Positions 45,970 to 55,657 of a stretch of DNA of 64,000 bases are shown piece by piece. The position numbers were made by a program, and so were the translations under genes. The notes below the pieces were generated by a model that saw nothing but the letters and a program-made list of their open reading frames with translations, had not been told where the DNA came from and made no database searches. How positions within the stretch are numbered: position 1 is the stretch's first letter; every line of letters starts with the position of its first letter. The stretch is from an uncultured delta proteobacterium. GTDB lineage: Bacteria > Desulfobacterota > Binatia > UBA9968. The stretch spans positions 891,850-955,849 of the forward strand of contig CAVSHR010000004.1 in NCBI GenBank assembly GCA_963727625.1, in the 5' to 3' direction.

Positions 45970-46986
45970 TTACCGGAGTTTAAATACTTCTTTCCAGATC
46001 TTCTCGTATTTTTTCCAGTCTTTGATCTCTTCGGTGCCGATCGGATAGATCTTATCCGGTTTGATCTTTTCGACGGGATCGACCTTTGGATGCGGCGGGG
46101 TGCGGCCGCCTGCCGCATAAACCTTTTGCCCTTCTTCGCTCGCCGACCAGCGCGAAAAGAGCAGCGCGGTGTTCGGATGCGGCGCGCCCTTTGCCAGCGC
46201 CGTGGCGTTTATCGTCGCGATTCCCTCGGTCAGCATGAACCCCACGGGAGCGCCTTTTTTGATGCGCGGCGGATAATGATGCGCGTAACAGGTGATACAA
46301 GCGGCGGCCTGACCCGCTACTAACAACTCTGCGAGATCCGAATGGCCTTTGTGAAATTCCACGCCGTTCGCAGCGATTGCTTTGATCAAGCTGACGGCCT
46401 TCTCGTCGTTTTTGAATTTATGTCGCGCCAACCCGATAAGAAGCTCGACGTCGCGCGGCTCACCGATCAACTTTCCCTTCCATCTAGGGTCCGCAAAATC
46501 GTCGAACTGCTTGGGCTCTTCGCTTTTTTTGACCGAATTCGTATTCCATGCCGCGGTGATAAAGATTAAATCCGCGGCGAGCCAATAGGTCCCTTTTAGA
46601 TTAGCCGGATACGCGGCCGCCTCCGGCGGAATCTTTTCCAGAGTCAGTTTTTGTTCGTGCAGCTGCAAGATATTCTCGAGGGACATTTGAAAAATATCCG
46701 CCAGCACTTTGCCGCCGCGGGCCTCAGTGATGGCCCGAACCGCGAGCTTGTCGGCGGTCGCGTCCACATGATTTATTTTTATGCCGGGGAAACGTTTCTC
46801 GAAGACCGGAAGGATCCTGGCCGCGTTAATTTGCGCCAGCGTGCCGTAAAAATTGAGCGTCCCGCCTTCTTTAACCGCCTTCTTATAAACGTCGTCCAGG
46901 CTGTCGCTCTGCGCCGAACTAATCGCCGGAAACAACACACCAAGGAGAACCAGCCAGATCCCTATGTGTCTTTTTTTAACAAACAT
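45970..46986 (-). CDS. Extracellular solute-binding protein, tandem paralogue 4
   Basis: It has a GGAGGAAG SD and signal peptide MFVKKRHIGIWLVLLGVLFPAISSA. Confidence 0.85.
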   Translation of the reverse strand: MFVKKRHIGIWLVLLGVLFPAISSAQSDSLDDVYKKAVKEGGTLNFYGTLAQINAARILPVFEKRFPGIKINHVDATADKLAVRAITEARGGKVLADIFQMSLENILQLHEQKLTLEKIPPEAAAYPANLKGTYWLAADLIFITAAWNTNSVKKSEEPKQFDDFADPRWKGKLIGEPRDVELLIGLARHKFKNDEKAVSLIKAIAANGVEFHKGHSDLAELLVAGQAAACITCYAHHYPPRIKKGAPVGFMLTEGIATINATALAKGAPHPNTALLFSRWSASEEGQKVYAAGGRTPPHPKVDPVEKIKPDKIYPIGTEEIKDWKKYEKIWKEVFKLR

Positions 46987-47167
46987 ATCGACTTCCTCCG
47001 CTGTTTGTAATTATCCATCCCAGAGTTACTTTATCCGCCTTCGCCCCATTTCCTCTGTTACTTGTCCGAGCGAAAATGGAGTGCGCCACCGACCTATACC
47101 CAACTCACCATGATCCTTAGACGACCATCCCGGTGTAAAGCTTCAGCCTGATTTTGCTGCGACACGA

Positions 47168-48148
47168 TTATAAATTCTCCAATTTTTTCAATGTCGCGCC
47201 GTAATCCCGCACCGCTTTGTCGACGGAATACTCAGGTTCGTAGCCGAGTTCCTCCTTGGCGCGGGAAAAATCGCTGGCAAGACGCGACTCGGGATAGGGC
47301 ATAGGATTGTTTCCCTTGCGCAACGTAATCGCCGATCCGGGAAACACCTTGCGAACCGCGGCGACGATATCGTCGCCGCTAAGCGTATCCCCGTTGCCGA
47401 TGTGAAACAGAGTCTCTTTGAACTTGTCCTTGAGCACGGCCAATACCGTGCCCTTGGCGGCGTCTTTGCCGTAAAGAATCTCCGCGGGGCCATAGGGCCA
47501 GCTGATGGTTGCGCTCTCGCCTTTCACCGCCGCGCGGATCATCTGCTGGATGGCGATCTCGCGGGTCGCCTTGAGGCCGGCCGGCGACGGACCGTAGAGA
47601 CCGCCGGTGTAGCGCAGACAAATAAAGTCAAAACCATATCGCTTAGAGTAAGCCCGTCCCATAAACTCGCAGCTCGCCTTGGTCGCGGCATAAACGGATG
47701 GGGGATTTAACGGAATGGATTCGTCGATTGCCTTTATCCCTTCGCCAAGCGAACCCAAATACACCGTTCCGGAGCTGGGAAACACCACGCGCGCAACTTT
47801 TTCCAGTCGCGCTGCCTCGAAGACATTAACCGTGCCCATGAAATTCAAACGCACGCCGCTGTAGGGACGGCGCTGCACTTCCTCGCCGAGAAAGGCGGCG
47901 AGATGAATGATGCGATCGCAGTCGTGATCGCGCAGAGCGGAAATGATCGCGGGCAGATCCATCATATCACCGCGAATCAGCGCGACCTTTTCGAGATCGA
48001 CGCCCACGGCGCTGAGCAGCCGCTCGTTGAGGGCGACGTCAAAAACGACCGGTCGCTCGCCCCGCTCCAACAACATCGCGACCGCGTAGGCTCCGACCAG
48101 GCCCGACCCCCCGGTGATGAGTATTCCCTTCTTGGGCATGACGACCAT
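47168..48148 (-). CDS. NAD-dependent epimerase/dehydratase (extended SDR)
   Basis: It has GGSGLVG and Y-x3-K (YAATK) motifs in a 326-aa protein. Confidence 0.85.
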   Translation of the reverse strand: MVVMPKKGILITGGSGLVGAYAVAMLLERGERPVVFDVALNERLLSAVGVDLEKVALIRGDMMDLPAIISALRDHDCDRIIHLAAFLGEEVQRRPYSGVRLNFMGTVNVFEAARLEKVARVVFPSSGTVYLGSLGEGIKAIDESIPLNPPSVYAATKASCEFMGRAYSKRYGFDFICLRYTGGLYGPSPAGLKATREIAIQQMIRAAVKGESATISWPYGPAEILYGKDAAKGTVLAVLKDKFKETLFHIGNGDTLSGDDIVAAVRKVFPGSAITLRKGNNPMPYPESRLASDFSRAKEELGYEPEYSVDKAVRDYGATLKKLENL

Positions 48149-48437
48149 TTTATAACCAGCGGACCGTGCCTCTAGTATACTAAAGATGCGCTTGAGTCAA
48201 TGCCGCAACCTTGCTTTTTGGATCGTTGTTTTGAACGGACAAACAAAATCCCGTCTTCCCATAAACTGATTGATCGCAATGAAACAGCTCTTACTATTTG
48301 GCAATTCAGAGGCAAGCCAAACCTCGACGTTTTGAAGTGAGCTCTTTGATAGATATGATGCGCTGCGTCTTGACCCAGCGCATTTTTAGCGCCATATGTC
48401 ATCCCACTTGTCTATACCCTGAGGAGGAGAACCCGTT

Positions 48438-49427
48438 ATGTCGCACCGTCGAATATTTTCTTTGCTCGCCTTGATCGCCTTTCTGAGCACAAGCGCAACC
48501 GCAAGCTCACAGGAAAAACTGCGGCTCGCTTGGGCGGGCTTCAGTCCGACCAACAGCCCGATCTGGACGATTGAGGACAGAAAATTATTAGAGAAACAAG
48601 GCGTCGACCCGGAAATCATCGCGATCAATGCCAGCCCAACGGTGCTTCAGGCGCTGTTGGCGAACGAGATCGATGCCGCCAGCATTTCGGTCACGACTCT
48701 AACCAGCTCGCGCCTCCAGGGCGCCGACACGGTGATGATCGTCGGTGTCGTGCCGACTTTCGTCGACCACATCATTTCGCTCTCGAGCATCACCAAGGTC
48801 GAACAATTGAAAGGTAAAATCGGCGGCGTCAATCGTCTCGGCAGTACTTCCGATCTCGGCCTTCGGCTTGCGCTTCGGAAACTCGGCGTGGATCCGGAGA
48901 AAGACGTAAAGATTATTCCGGTAGGCGGCAATGCGGAACGTTTTGCAGCGTTGTCCAAGGGACTCACGCAATTTACCATCATGCCCGAACCGTTCTTGAC
49001 CCAGGCCGAACGGCTCGGCTTTCACAACTTCTACAACGTAAGCGAGCTGAAGATTCCGTTTTGGTGGAATGGGATTATCACGCGCGAAAGCATTCTTAAA
49101 AAGAAACGGCCGCTGATGCTCAAGCTTGCCCGCGCCATGGTCGAAGCGATTCACATCATCAAGACGGAAAAGAGCTACGCGATCAACCTTATCAAGAAAC
49201 ATCTGGGCGTGAATGACCCCGAAGGGTTGGAGCGCGCGTACCGAGATTACTCCAGCATCTTTCCGGAAGTCCCCTACCCGACTCCTGATGGAGTCAAGAC
49301 CATGCTCGACGATCTCGCGCCAAAGAACCCCAAGGCGGCAACCGCGGATCCAAAAGCGTTTGTCGATCCGAGCCTGATTAAAGAATTGGATTCGTCCGGG
49401 TTCATCAAACGGCTGTACAAGAAGTAA
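48438..49427 (+). CDS. NMT1/THI5-like ABC substrate-binding protein
   Basis: It has a signal peptide and is a paralogue of 57401 and 38532(-). Confidence 0.8.
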   Translation: MSHRRIFSLLALIAFLSTSATASSQEKLRLAWAGFSPTNSPIWTIEDRKLLEKQGVDPEIIAINASPTVLQALLANEIDAASISVTTLTSSRLQGADTVMIVGVVPTFVDHIISLSSITKVEQLKGKIGGVNRLGSTSDLGLRLALRKLGVDPEKDVKIIPVGGNAERFAALSKGLTQFTIMPEPFLTQAERLGFHNFYNVSELKIPFWWNGIITRESILKKKRPLMLKLARAMVEAIHIIKTEKSYAINLIKKHLGVNDPEGLERAYRDYSSIFPEVPYPTPDGVKTMLDDLAPKNPKAATADPKAFVDPSLIKELDSSGFIKRLYKK

Positions 49428-49447
49428 TCACGCCAAGAACACATACG

Positions 49448-49497
49448 TGGAGCGATGGAGTATCGGGCTTGCGAAAACCCGGGTCTCCATCACTCCA
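49448..49497. repeat. Hairpin repeat of the TGGAG(T/C)GATGGAG family
   Basis: TGGAGCGATGGAG (49448..49460) pairs with CTCCATCACTCCA (49485..49497) in a 13-bp stem with one mismatch. It encloses an inner CGGG/CCCG hairpin, and the arms match the inverted repeats at 61922 and 62442. Confidence 0.55.
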
Positions 49498-49606
49498 GTA
49501 ATCCGAACTTGCCGCGCCCGTTGAAATACCGCGCCGGTCTAAGATAAGACATAGTGTCGCGTCGCAGTAATCTTGCGCGGCGGTACCTTTCAGGAGGCAC
49601 TCAATC

Positions 49607-50437
49607 ATGGCGGAAATTCTCACAGACGAACATGCGCTGTTGCGCCCCGGGCTGGGCCGTTTGAAAGGCAAAGTGGCGATTATCACCGGCGCCAATAGCG
49701 GCATTGGCCGGGCCACCGCCCGTCTATTTGCGCGCGAAGGCGCGAAGGTGGTTTGCTGCGACATTCAAGAGACCATCTCGCCGCGCATCGACCAGCTGAT
49801 AAAAAACAACGAAGGCGGAGAAGCGATCTTTGCCAAGGTCGACGTCACCAAGCAGGAAGACTTGGACCGGATGGTCCAAACCGCACTGGACAGCTTCGGC
49901 GATCTCGATATTCTCTATAACAACGCCGGCGCCGGCATCCGCAAGAAACTCCACGAGCACAGCGACGAAGAGTGGAATTTCGTGTTGAACACGAATCTCA
50001 ACGCCATGTTCCGCGGCTCCCGCGCGGTCCTACCCCATTTCATCAGGAAAAAAAGCGGCAACATTGTGACCACGGCTTCGACCTTCGGACTGTTAGCCTC
50101 GGCGGAATATCCCGGCTACTGCGCAACCAAGGCGGCGATCATCAACTTGACCCGCGAGATGGCACTGGATTACGGGCCGCTCGGCATCCGAATCAACTGT
50201 GTCTGTCCCGGCGCCATCGAAACTCCGCGATTTCGCGGATTCCCTCCCAGGCCGACACTCGGCGAAGGCATGACAGAAGAACAGCGAAAGACCATGGGCG
50301 CGAGCAACAAAGCACTCCTGCGCATGGGCCGCCCGGAAGAGATCGCCTACGGCGTGCTGTTTTTGGTTTCGGACGAAGCGTCCTTCGTCACCGGCCATGC
50401 GCTGGTGGTCGACGGCGGCCAGACGATCGACGCGTGA
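49607..50437 (+). CDS. SDR-family oxidoreductase
   Basis: TGANSGIGRA, NNAG and Y-x3-K (YCATK) motifs are present. Confidence 0.85.
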   Translation: MAEILTDEHALLRPGLGRLKGKVAIITGANSGIGRATARLFAREGAKVVCCDIQETISPRIDQLIKNNEGGEAIFAKVDVTKQEDLDRMVQTALDSFGDLDILYNNAGAGIRKKLHEHSDEEWNFVLNTNLNAMFRGSRAVLPHFIRKKSGNIVTTASTFGLLASAEYPGYCATKAAIINLTREMALDYGPLGIRINCVCPGAIETPRFRGFPPRPTLGEGMTEEQRKTMGASNKALLRMGRPEEIAYGVLFLVSDEASFVTGHALVVDGGQTIDA

Positions 50438-50477
50438 GCGAGAATGGGGTCATGTCCCCGTCCCACACTTCGATTTC

Positions 50478-51560
50478 CTACTTGCGCACCACGTACCAGT
50501 TGTTTTGAATATCGTGCGCCAGCGCGTGCTTTTCGATCGAGCGAAAACCGGCCTTCGCCAAATATTCTTTGGTCTTCTCTTCGCCCCACATCGCGCCCAA
50601 GCCCTCGCCGCGCTGCGCCAGCGACACCGTCATACAGTGCATGCAGGAGATCGTGTAAAGTAGCGACCCGAGCGGATGATCGAGGTTTTTGTGCACATGA
50701 CTCGATCCTTTGATGTCTTGCATCAAGTAAGTCGCGCCGGGACGAAGCGTACGGTGGATTCCCCGCAGCACGTTCAGCGGCTTAGCCTGGTCATGAACAG
50801 CATCGAACGTGGTGACCCAATCGAATGCTTCGAATTCGGCCGTTTCATCGAAGCGGCTCAAATCGGCGACGATGAACTCCACGTTGCGCAATTTTTTGTC
50901 GGCCGCCTCCTGCCACGCGGCAAGAATTGCTTCGGCAGACAAATCCATTCCCGTGAATCGGCTATTGGGATAGAGCTCGGCCAATCGATTAATAATTCGG
51001 CCGCGACCGCAACCGACATCTAGCATATGAACGCCGCGCGTGAGCTGATCCGCCAAACCTGGAACCAGCGGTACGATATGGGATTGCAACGATGAGAGGA
51101 CGGACTGCCCGCTGTCTTCCGCCATGACCTCATGAAAACGCGGAAACCTGGCGTAGGGAACACCGCCGCCCTTCTTGAAGCATTCAACGATATCGTCCTC
51201 GACGCCGCCGAGCACAGCGATGTACTGCGAAAAGACCGCGACATTGTCAGCGCCCGCAGCGCGCGTGAGATAAGCCGCGTGTTCCGCAGGCAAATGAAAG
51301 CGCCCGCCGGTTGAATCAACTTCGACAATCCGTCCGGTAACCATGGCCCCCAGCCACTCGCGTACATAGCGCTCGTTCAGCCCGCTCTTCGCGGCGATCT
51401 CCGGTGAAGTGGCAGGCGGCTGATCTTTCATCGCATCGAATAAACCGGTGCGATGGCCCACTGAAATCATCAAGCACAGCGCGCCTCGGTTGAGCGTTCC
51501 TAAGAGTTCCTCGGCGAAGGCGCCGGCCTTGTCGGCGTTAAAGTTCGCGTCTTTCGACAT
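50478..51560 (-). CDS. Class I SAM-dependent methyltransferase with an N-terminal winged-helix-like domain
   Basis: SAM motif I is LDVGCGRGR, in a 360-aa protein. Confidence 0.8.
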   Translation of the reverse strand: MSKDANFNADKAGAFAEELLGTLNRGALCLMISVGHRTGLFDAMKDQPPATSPEIAAKSGLNERYVREWLGAMVTGRIVEVDSTGGRFHLPAEHAAYLTRAAGADNVAVFSQYIAVLGGVEDDIVECFKKGGGVPYARFPRFHEVMAEDSGQSVLSSLQSHIVPLVPGLADQLTRGVHMLDVGCGRGRIINRLAELYPNSRFTGMDLSAEAILAAWQEAADKKLRNVEFIVADLSRFDETAEFEAFDWVTTFDAVHDQAKPLNVLRGIHRTLRPGATYLMQDIKGSSHVHKNLDHPLGSLLYTISCMHCMTVSLAQRGEGLGAMWGEEKTKEYLAKAGFRSIEKHALAHDIQNNWYVVRK

Positions 51561-51702
51561 CTGTATCCTCCGTAATTACGATCAGTGCAGCCGTCTCTCT
51601 TAAAGCGGACGGCGAAGAGAATGCCGTGCAATCCTAACCTAGCCAAAGTTCAGGCCTGAATTGTAGCCCCTCATGTGGCCGAATCAATATCATCGGCCGG
51701 GG

Positions 51703-52344
51703 TTACTCCCAGGAGGGAAAATTCCCTTCGTCGGCCAGCTGGGTCATGCGCTGATCGAGGGCACGCAAGTAAGAGCGCCGATCGCCGGCCCACACTAGGC
51801 GCTCGCCAACAAAGATATCGCAAAAGAACGGCACGAGCAGCGCTTCGCCTTTCGGCAGCGCTTTTCCCAAACCATGTAGGAAAACCGGGATCACCGGCAC
51901 CGTCGGATTGCTCGCAGCCAAGCGCGCGATGCCGCCTTTGAAGCTCTGCAGTCGTTCCGGCTCGCCGCGGCTGCCTTCAGGGAAGATGATCAACACCGCT
52001 CCTTTGGACAACGCTTCGTTGCACGGCCCGAGCGGATTGTCGTCGCCCCGGGAAACGGTCCGCTTGATCGGCAGGATACCGATCACTTTCAATGTGAACC
52101 AGGAAAACAGCCGCGAGCCGAGAAAATAGTCCACCGCTGCGACCGGACGCAGCTTTGGTAAGAGCCGCAGCGGAAAAAGGCTCATCAGCACCATGGTATC
52201 GAGATGGCTGTTGTGATTGGCGACGATGATCGCCGGGCCGCCGTCCGGCAGGCGTTCCCGATGGCGCACGTTGAGACCGAGAACGATCAGCACCAGCAGT
52301 CGGATAAACACGCCGTAAAATAAAAATCGCAGCAACGGAGCCAT
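51703..52344 (-). CDS. plsC: Lysophospholipid (1-acyl-sn-glycerol-3-phosphate) acyltransferase
   Basis: It has the H-x4-D motif (NHNSHLD) and an FPEGSRG motif. Confidence 0.8.
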   Translation of the reverse strand: MAPLLRFLFYGVFIRLLVLIVLGLNVRHRERLPDGGPAIIVANHNSHLDTMVLMSLFPLRLLPKLRPVAAVDYFLGSRLFSWFTLKVIGILPIKRTVSRGDDNPLGPCNEALSKGAVLIIFPEGSRGEPERLQSFKGGIARLAASNPTVPVIPVFLHGLGKALPKGEALLVPFFCDIFVGERLVWAGDRRSYLRALDQRMTQLADEGNFPSWE

Positions 52345-52345
52345 C

Positions 52346-53284
52346 TCAATAATAGAGATAATAAACGAAGTGGAAGAACAACGGCGCGGTATAGGTCAAG
52401 CTGTCGATGCGGTCCAAAATACCGCCGTGGCCCGGCAACATGCTGCCGCTGTCTTTAAGACCGATGTCGCGTTTGAGTGCCGAGATCGTCACGTCGCCGA
52501 TAAAACCGGCGACACTGATCAACACGCCGGCCAGCAGCGCGGTATCGAGATGCAGCGGCGTCAACCACCCCGATAAGAACACCGCAAGAAGCGTGGTTGT
52601 AGCCACGCCGCCGAGAAAACCTTCCCAGGTCTTGTTTGGGCTTACTTTCGGAACGATTTTATTGCGGCCGAATATTTTCCCCCAAACATATTGCGCGACG
52701 TCGTTGAACTCGGTGAGAAAGACCAGAAACAAGACCAGACCGGCGCCGCCGGCGCTGGAATTTTTCTCCTCGGGCAGAACCAAAAGATAAGCGATATGGC
52801 TGATCCCAAACACCAGTGTCATGACACCCCAATGAATCGTTCCCGCCGCGCGCAGAAAATCCCTCGTCTCACCGATCATCACCATGCGCATGGGCAGTAA
52901 GAGAAAGACGTACACGGGTACGAATATGATAAACATGCCATACCAAGCCTGCGCCACCCAGTAATATTGCAGAGGAATGGCGAGATAGGCCCAGAACAGC
53001 ACACGCCGATCGGCGCGCCGGGTCGGAATGATCGAGAAATACTCTTTGAGCGCCAAAAAGCTCACGAAACCGAAGAATGCCACGGACAGGTTGCGGCTCA
53101 TCACCATGGCCGCCGTGAAGATCGTGACGATCACCCACCAGGAGCGAATGCGCAGCGCCAATTCGCTCCGGTCTTTTTCCGCTTTACGCCAGCGCAGCCA
53201 TAGCAGGGACGCGGAAGCGAGGACGAGAATCGCATAGAGGCCGCCGAGCGACCACAGAACCGCGGGAGCGACCCCGAGCTGCAT
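52346..53284 (-). CDS. cdsA: Phosphatidate cytidylyltransferase
   Basis: This multi-TM protein has a C-terminal CdsA signature region (SALKRDIGLKDSGSMLPGHGGILDRIDS). The ATG at 53284 overlaps the upstream stop. Confidence 0.8.
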   Translation of the reverse strand: MQLGVAPAVLWSLGGLYAILVLASASLLWLRWRKAEKDRSELALRIRSWWVIVTIFTAAMVMSRNLSVAFFGFVSFLALKEYFSIIPTRRADRRVLFWAYLAIPLQYYWVAQAWYGMFIIFVPVYVFLLLPMRMVMIGETRDFLRAAGTIHWGVMTLVFGISHIAYLLVLPEEKNSSAGGAGLVLFLVFLTEFNDVAQYVWGKIFGRNKIVPKVSPNKTWEGFLGGVATTTLLAVFLSGWLTPLHLDTALLAGVLISVAGFIGDVTISALKRDIGLKDSGSMLPGHGGILDRIDSLTYTAPLFFHFVYYLYY

Positions 53285-53886
53285 CAGCGAAGCTCCGCCA
53301 GCGCGCCGCGCGCGCGATTGACGATGGTGACGACCAATAAAATTGCAGTTAAGATGAGCAGACCCGTTATCCAGTGGCCCGGCTTCAGGCCGACCCCCAA
53401 GAGCAGGCATAGAAGGCCAAAGACAAACGCGCGATCGCTCTTACCCATCGGTCCATCGAAGCGGCGCGCCGCACCGACTTGCACGGCAACCACTCCGGTC
53501 ATTTCACTAATGATCGCGAGGATTACGATGATCACGACCCAGACCGCCTCCACACCCGGCAGCAAAGCCAATGGCAGATAAAGCACCGTGTCCGAAAGCA
53601 CGTCGCCCAGTTCATTGAGAATGGCGCCAAGTGAGCTTTGCATGCCATGCTCGCGCGCCAGCATGCCGTCGATGGCGTTGAGCGCCATGCGCAAAAATAA
53701 CGCCACCGGCATGAGCAGCAGCGGCCATTTGGCATTTGGATTGAATGCGATCGATGTGCCGACGAGACATGACAGCACCAGCGCCGCGACAGTCACTTGA
53801 TTTGCGCTGACTCCAACCCGAGCGAGCCATCCGACCAAGGGGCGGAGCGAGGTTTGGAAGCGCGGCTTAAGAGCGTAGATCGAAGC
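53284..53886 (-). CDS. CDP-alcohol phosphatidyltransferase family protein (second copy besides pgsA)
   Basis: It has the motif DGMLAREHGMQSSLGAILNELGDVLSD. The start was taken as the GTG at 53886 with a GAGGA SD; the track start at 53988 overlaps the upstream gene. Confidence 0.7.
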   Translation of the reverse strand, partial: ASIYALKPRFQTSLRPLVGWLARVGVSANQVTVAALVLSCLVGTSIAFNPNAKWPLLLMPVALFLRMALNAIDGMLAREHGMQSSLGAILNELGDVLSDTVLYLPLALLPGVEAVWVVIIVILAIISEMTGVVAVQVGAARRFDGPMGKSDRAFVFGLLCLLLGVGLKPGHWITGLLILTAILLVVTIVNRARGALAELR

Positions 53887-53965
53887 CACCGGCGATCCTC
53901 GTTGTAAATTGGAAATTGCTGCAAAGCCTGGCCCGATGGCCTCGCAAGTGTCGAGTGCACGCAGT

Positions 53966-54808
53966 TCAGGGACGAGCCGGCTCGGCACTCACCGCCAGAA
54001 AGGCGCGCGCAAACTTTTCGATGGCTTCGGCCAAATCGTTGGCCGTGCGCTCGAAATTCCGCCGCGCGCGCAGATTACTGCCCAGTTCCAGCTGAATCGC
54101 GTCGATCTTGCTGCCGCGATGGCTGCCGTAGGTCCGCGTCGTGTAGCCGCCGGTATAGCGTCGTTCCCGCTCGACGCCGGCCGTATCGGGAAGAATCTTG
54201 TAGCCCTTGGAAGCGAGCTGGCCCAAAATGCTGTTGGGTCCGCCAATCGCCGCCGCTCCATGTCGCTGCTGCAATGCCGCGACGCTCTTGCCGTTGTCGG
54301 TGCCGCGGAAGATCGCGTCCGGCTCGGCGCCCTGACCGTGGACGTCGAGCAACAAGCCTTCGCCCCAACGGCTGCGAATTCGTTCCGCCGCGGTTGCAAC
54401 CGCACGGTGATAAGCGTCGTAATAAGGCTTCGCCGCCGCGGACTCATAGGCGCTCGATTCGGGCCTGTTGGCGTCAAGATATTTCCGTTCGAAATGAGCG
54501 ATGACGAGAAAAGGCCTGGCGCCGAGCCGTTGGTCGATTTTCACGCCGACCGCCTCGGCGAGCTCGGCTGTATTGTTATCGCGCTCCGCGGTGAATTGCG
54601 CCACGCCGACACCGCGCCGCCGCGGCACACCGGGAAGCGACACTCTGCCACCGTGGGGCGCCGCCAGAATTATCGGCAGCATACCGGACCACACCGTAAG
54701 CAAATCTGCCGGGTTCTTAAATTCCTGAGCCCAGACCGATCCATACAGCAACAGCAGGATGGCTATCAATAAAGATCTCGCGGCAAGGGTTCGGCAAAGC
54801 TTCAGCAT
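53966..54808 (-). CDS. Secreted N-formylglutamate amidohydrolase-family-like protein
   Basis: It has a signal peptide (MLKLCRTLAARSLLIAILLLLYGSVWA). The pattern ILAAPHGG...DANR...DVHGQ resembles the FGase family as I recall it. Confidence 0.55.
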   Translation of the reverse strand: MLKLCRTLAARSLLIAILLLLYGSVWAQEFKNPADLLTVWSGMLPIILAAPHGGRVSLPGVPRRRGVGVAQFTAERDNNTAELAEAVGVKIDQRLGARPFLVIAHFERKYLDANRPESSAYESAAAKPYYDAYHRAVATAAERIRSRWGEGLLLDVHGQGAEPDAIFRGTDNGKSVAALQQRHGAAAIGGPNSILGQLASKGYKILPDTAGVERERRYTGGYTTRTYGSHRGSKIDAIQLELGSNLRARRNFERTANDLAEAIEKFARAFLAVSAEPARP

Positions 54809-54901
54809 ATTTTTAAGGCAGCCCAAGTGAAAGTCACAGCCCCGAACGCGCCATTCTGCCGGGAAGAGGCCGAACCGGCAATGAAGTCAAAAAATTAGAT
54901 T

Positions 54902-55657
54902 TTAAGGTTTTGGCTCCGGCATCTTGGCCGACAATTTTTTGAGAAAGTCCGCTGGAAACGGCTCGGCTTGCAGTTCTTGCGCTTGCCTGACCTTGTTCCA
55001 AGCCTCGGAGTAACGTTCCTGCTCATACAACGAGATCGCCCATTCGCGCCAACTCATGGCGTATTTGGGATTGTTTTCTAAACTCTCGGTAAAGCGGCTG
55101 TTGCCCAGCACGAAATGCTGCGCCCGCTCCAGCTCGCGATCGGGCGGCAAACGGGCGGCGTACTCCGAGTGCAACGTGCCGAGATCGCATAGCAATGGCA
55201 CCCGTTGGGTCGGATCGTCGAGCAACTCGCGCGCCGTTTCTAGGAGCTCGATGGCCTCGTACAATTTACCGCGCTGGCTCAGCACCGCGCCGAATCCCCA
55301 GAAAGCGCGAAAATTTTTCGGATTGACCAACCAGGACTGATTGAAGCGCAGCATCGCCAGATCCGACTGCCCGGAGCGCAGTGCCGTCCAACCCTGAGCC
55401 GCCAGCGCATTGCTGCCCGCCTGACGGCTTCCGAACCGCAAAGTCACGCCGCGAATGAAATTCTCGTCGGCTTTCTTTAGCTTGTCGGGCCTTGCGATCT
55501 TCGGCTGGCCGAACATCGGCAATTTATCGACGTCATCGCTCTGCGCTTGCGCCGTTCCGAGGGTGAACAACAAACCACCCAAGCACCCGGCTGCTGCGAA
55601 TATGCGCGCGCGCGCCGCAAGACCCTTGATTGGCAATGGAAACCTTAATTTCATCAA
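54902..55657 (-). CDS. Secreted TPR-repeat protein
   Basis: It has a signal peptide and TPR-like helical repeats. Confidence 0.6.
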   Translation of the reverse strand: MMKLRFPLPIKGLAARARIFAAAGCLGGLLFTLGTAQAQSDDVDKLPMFGQPKIARPDKLKKADENFIRGVTLRFGSRQAGSNALAAQGWTALRSGQSDLAMLRFNQSWLVNPKNFRAFWGFGAVLSQRGKLYEAIELLETARELLDDPTQRVPLLCDLGTLHSEYAARLPPDRELERAQHFVLGNSRFTESLENNPKYAMSWREWAISLYEQERYSEAWNKVRQAQELQAEPFPADFLKKLSAKMPEPKP

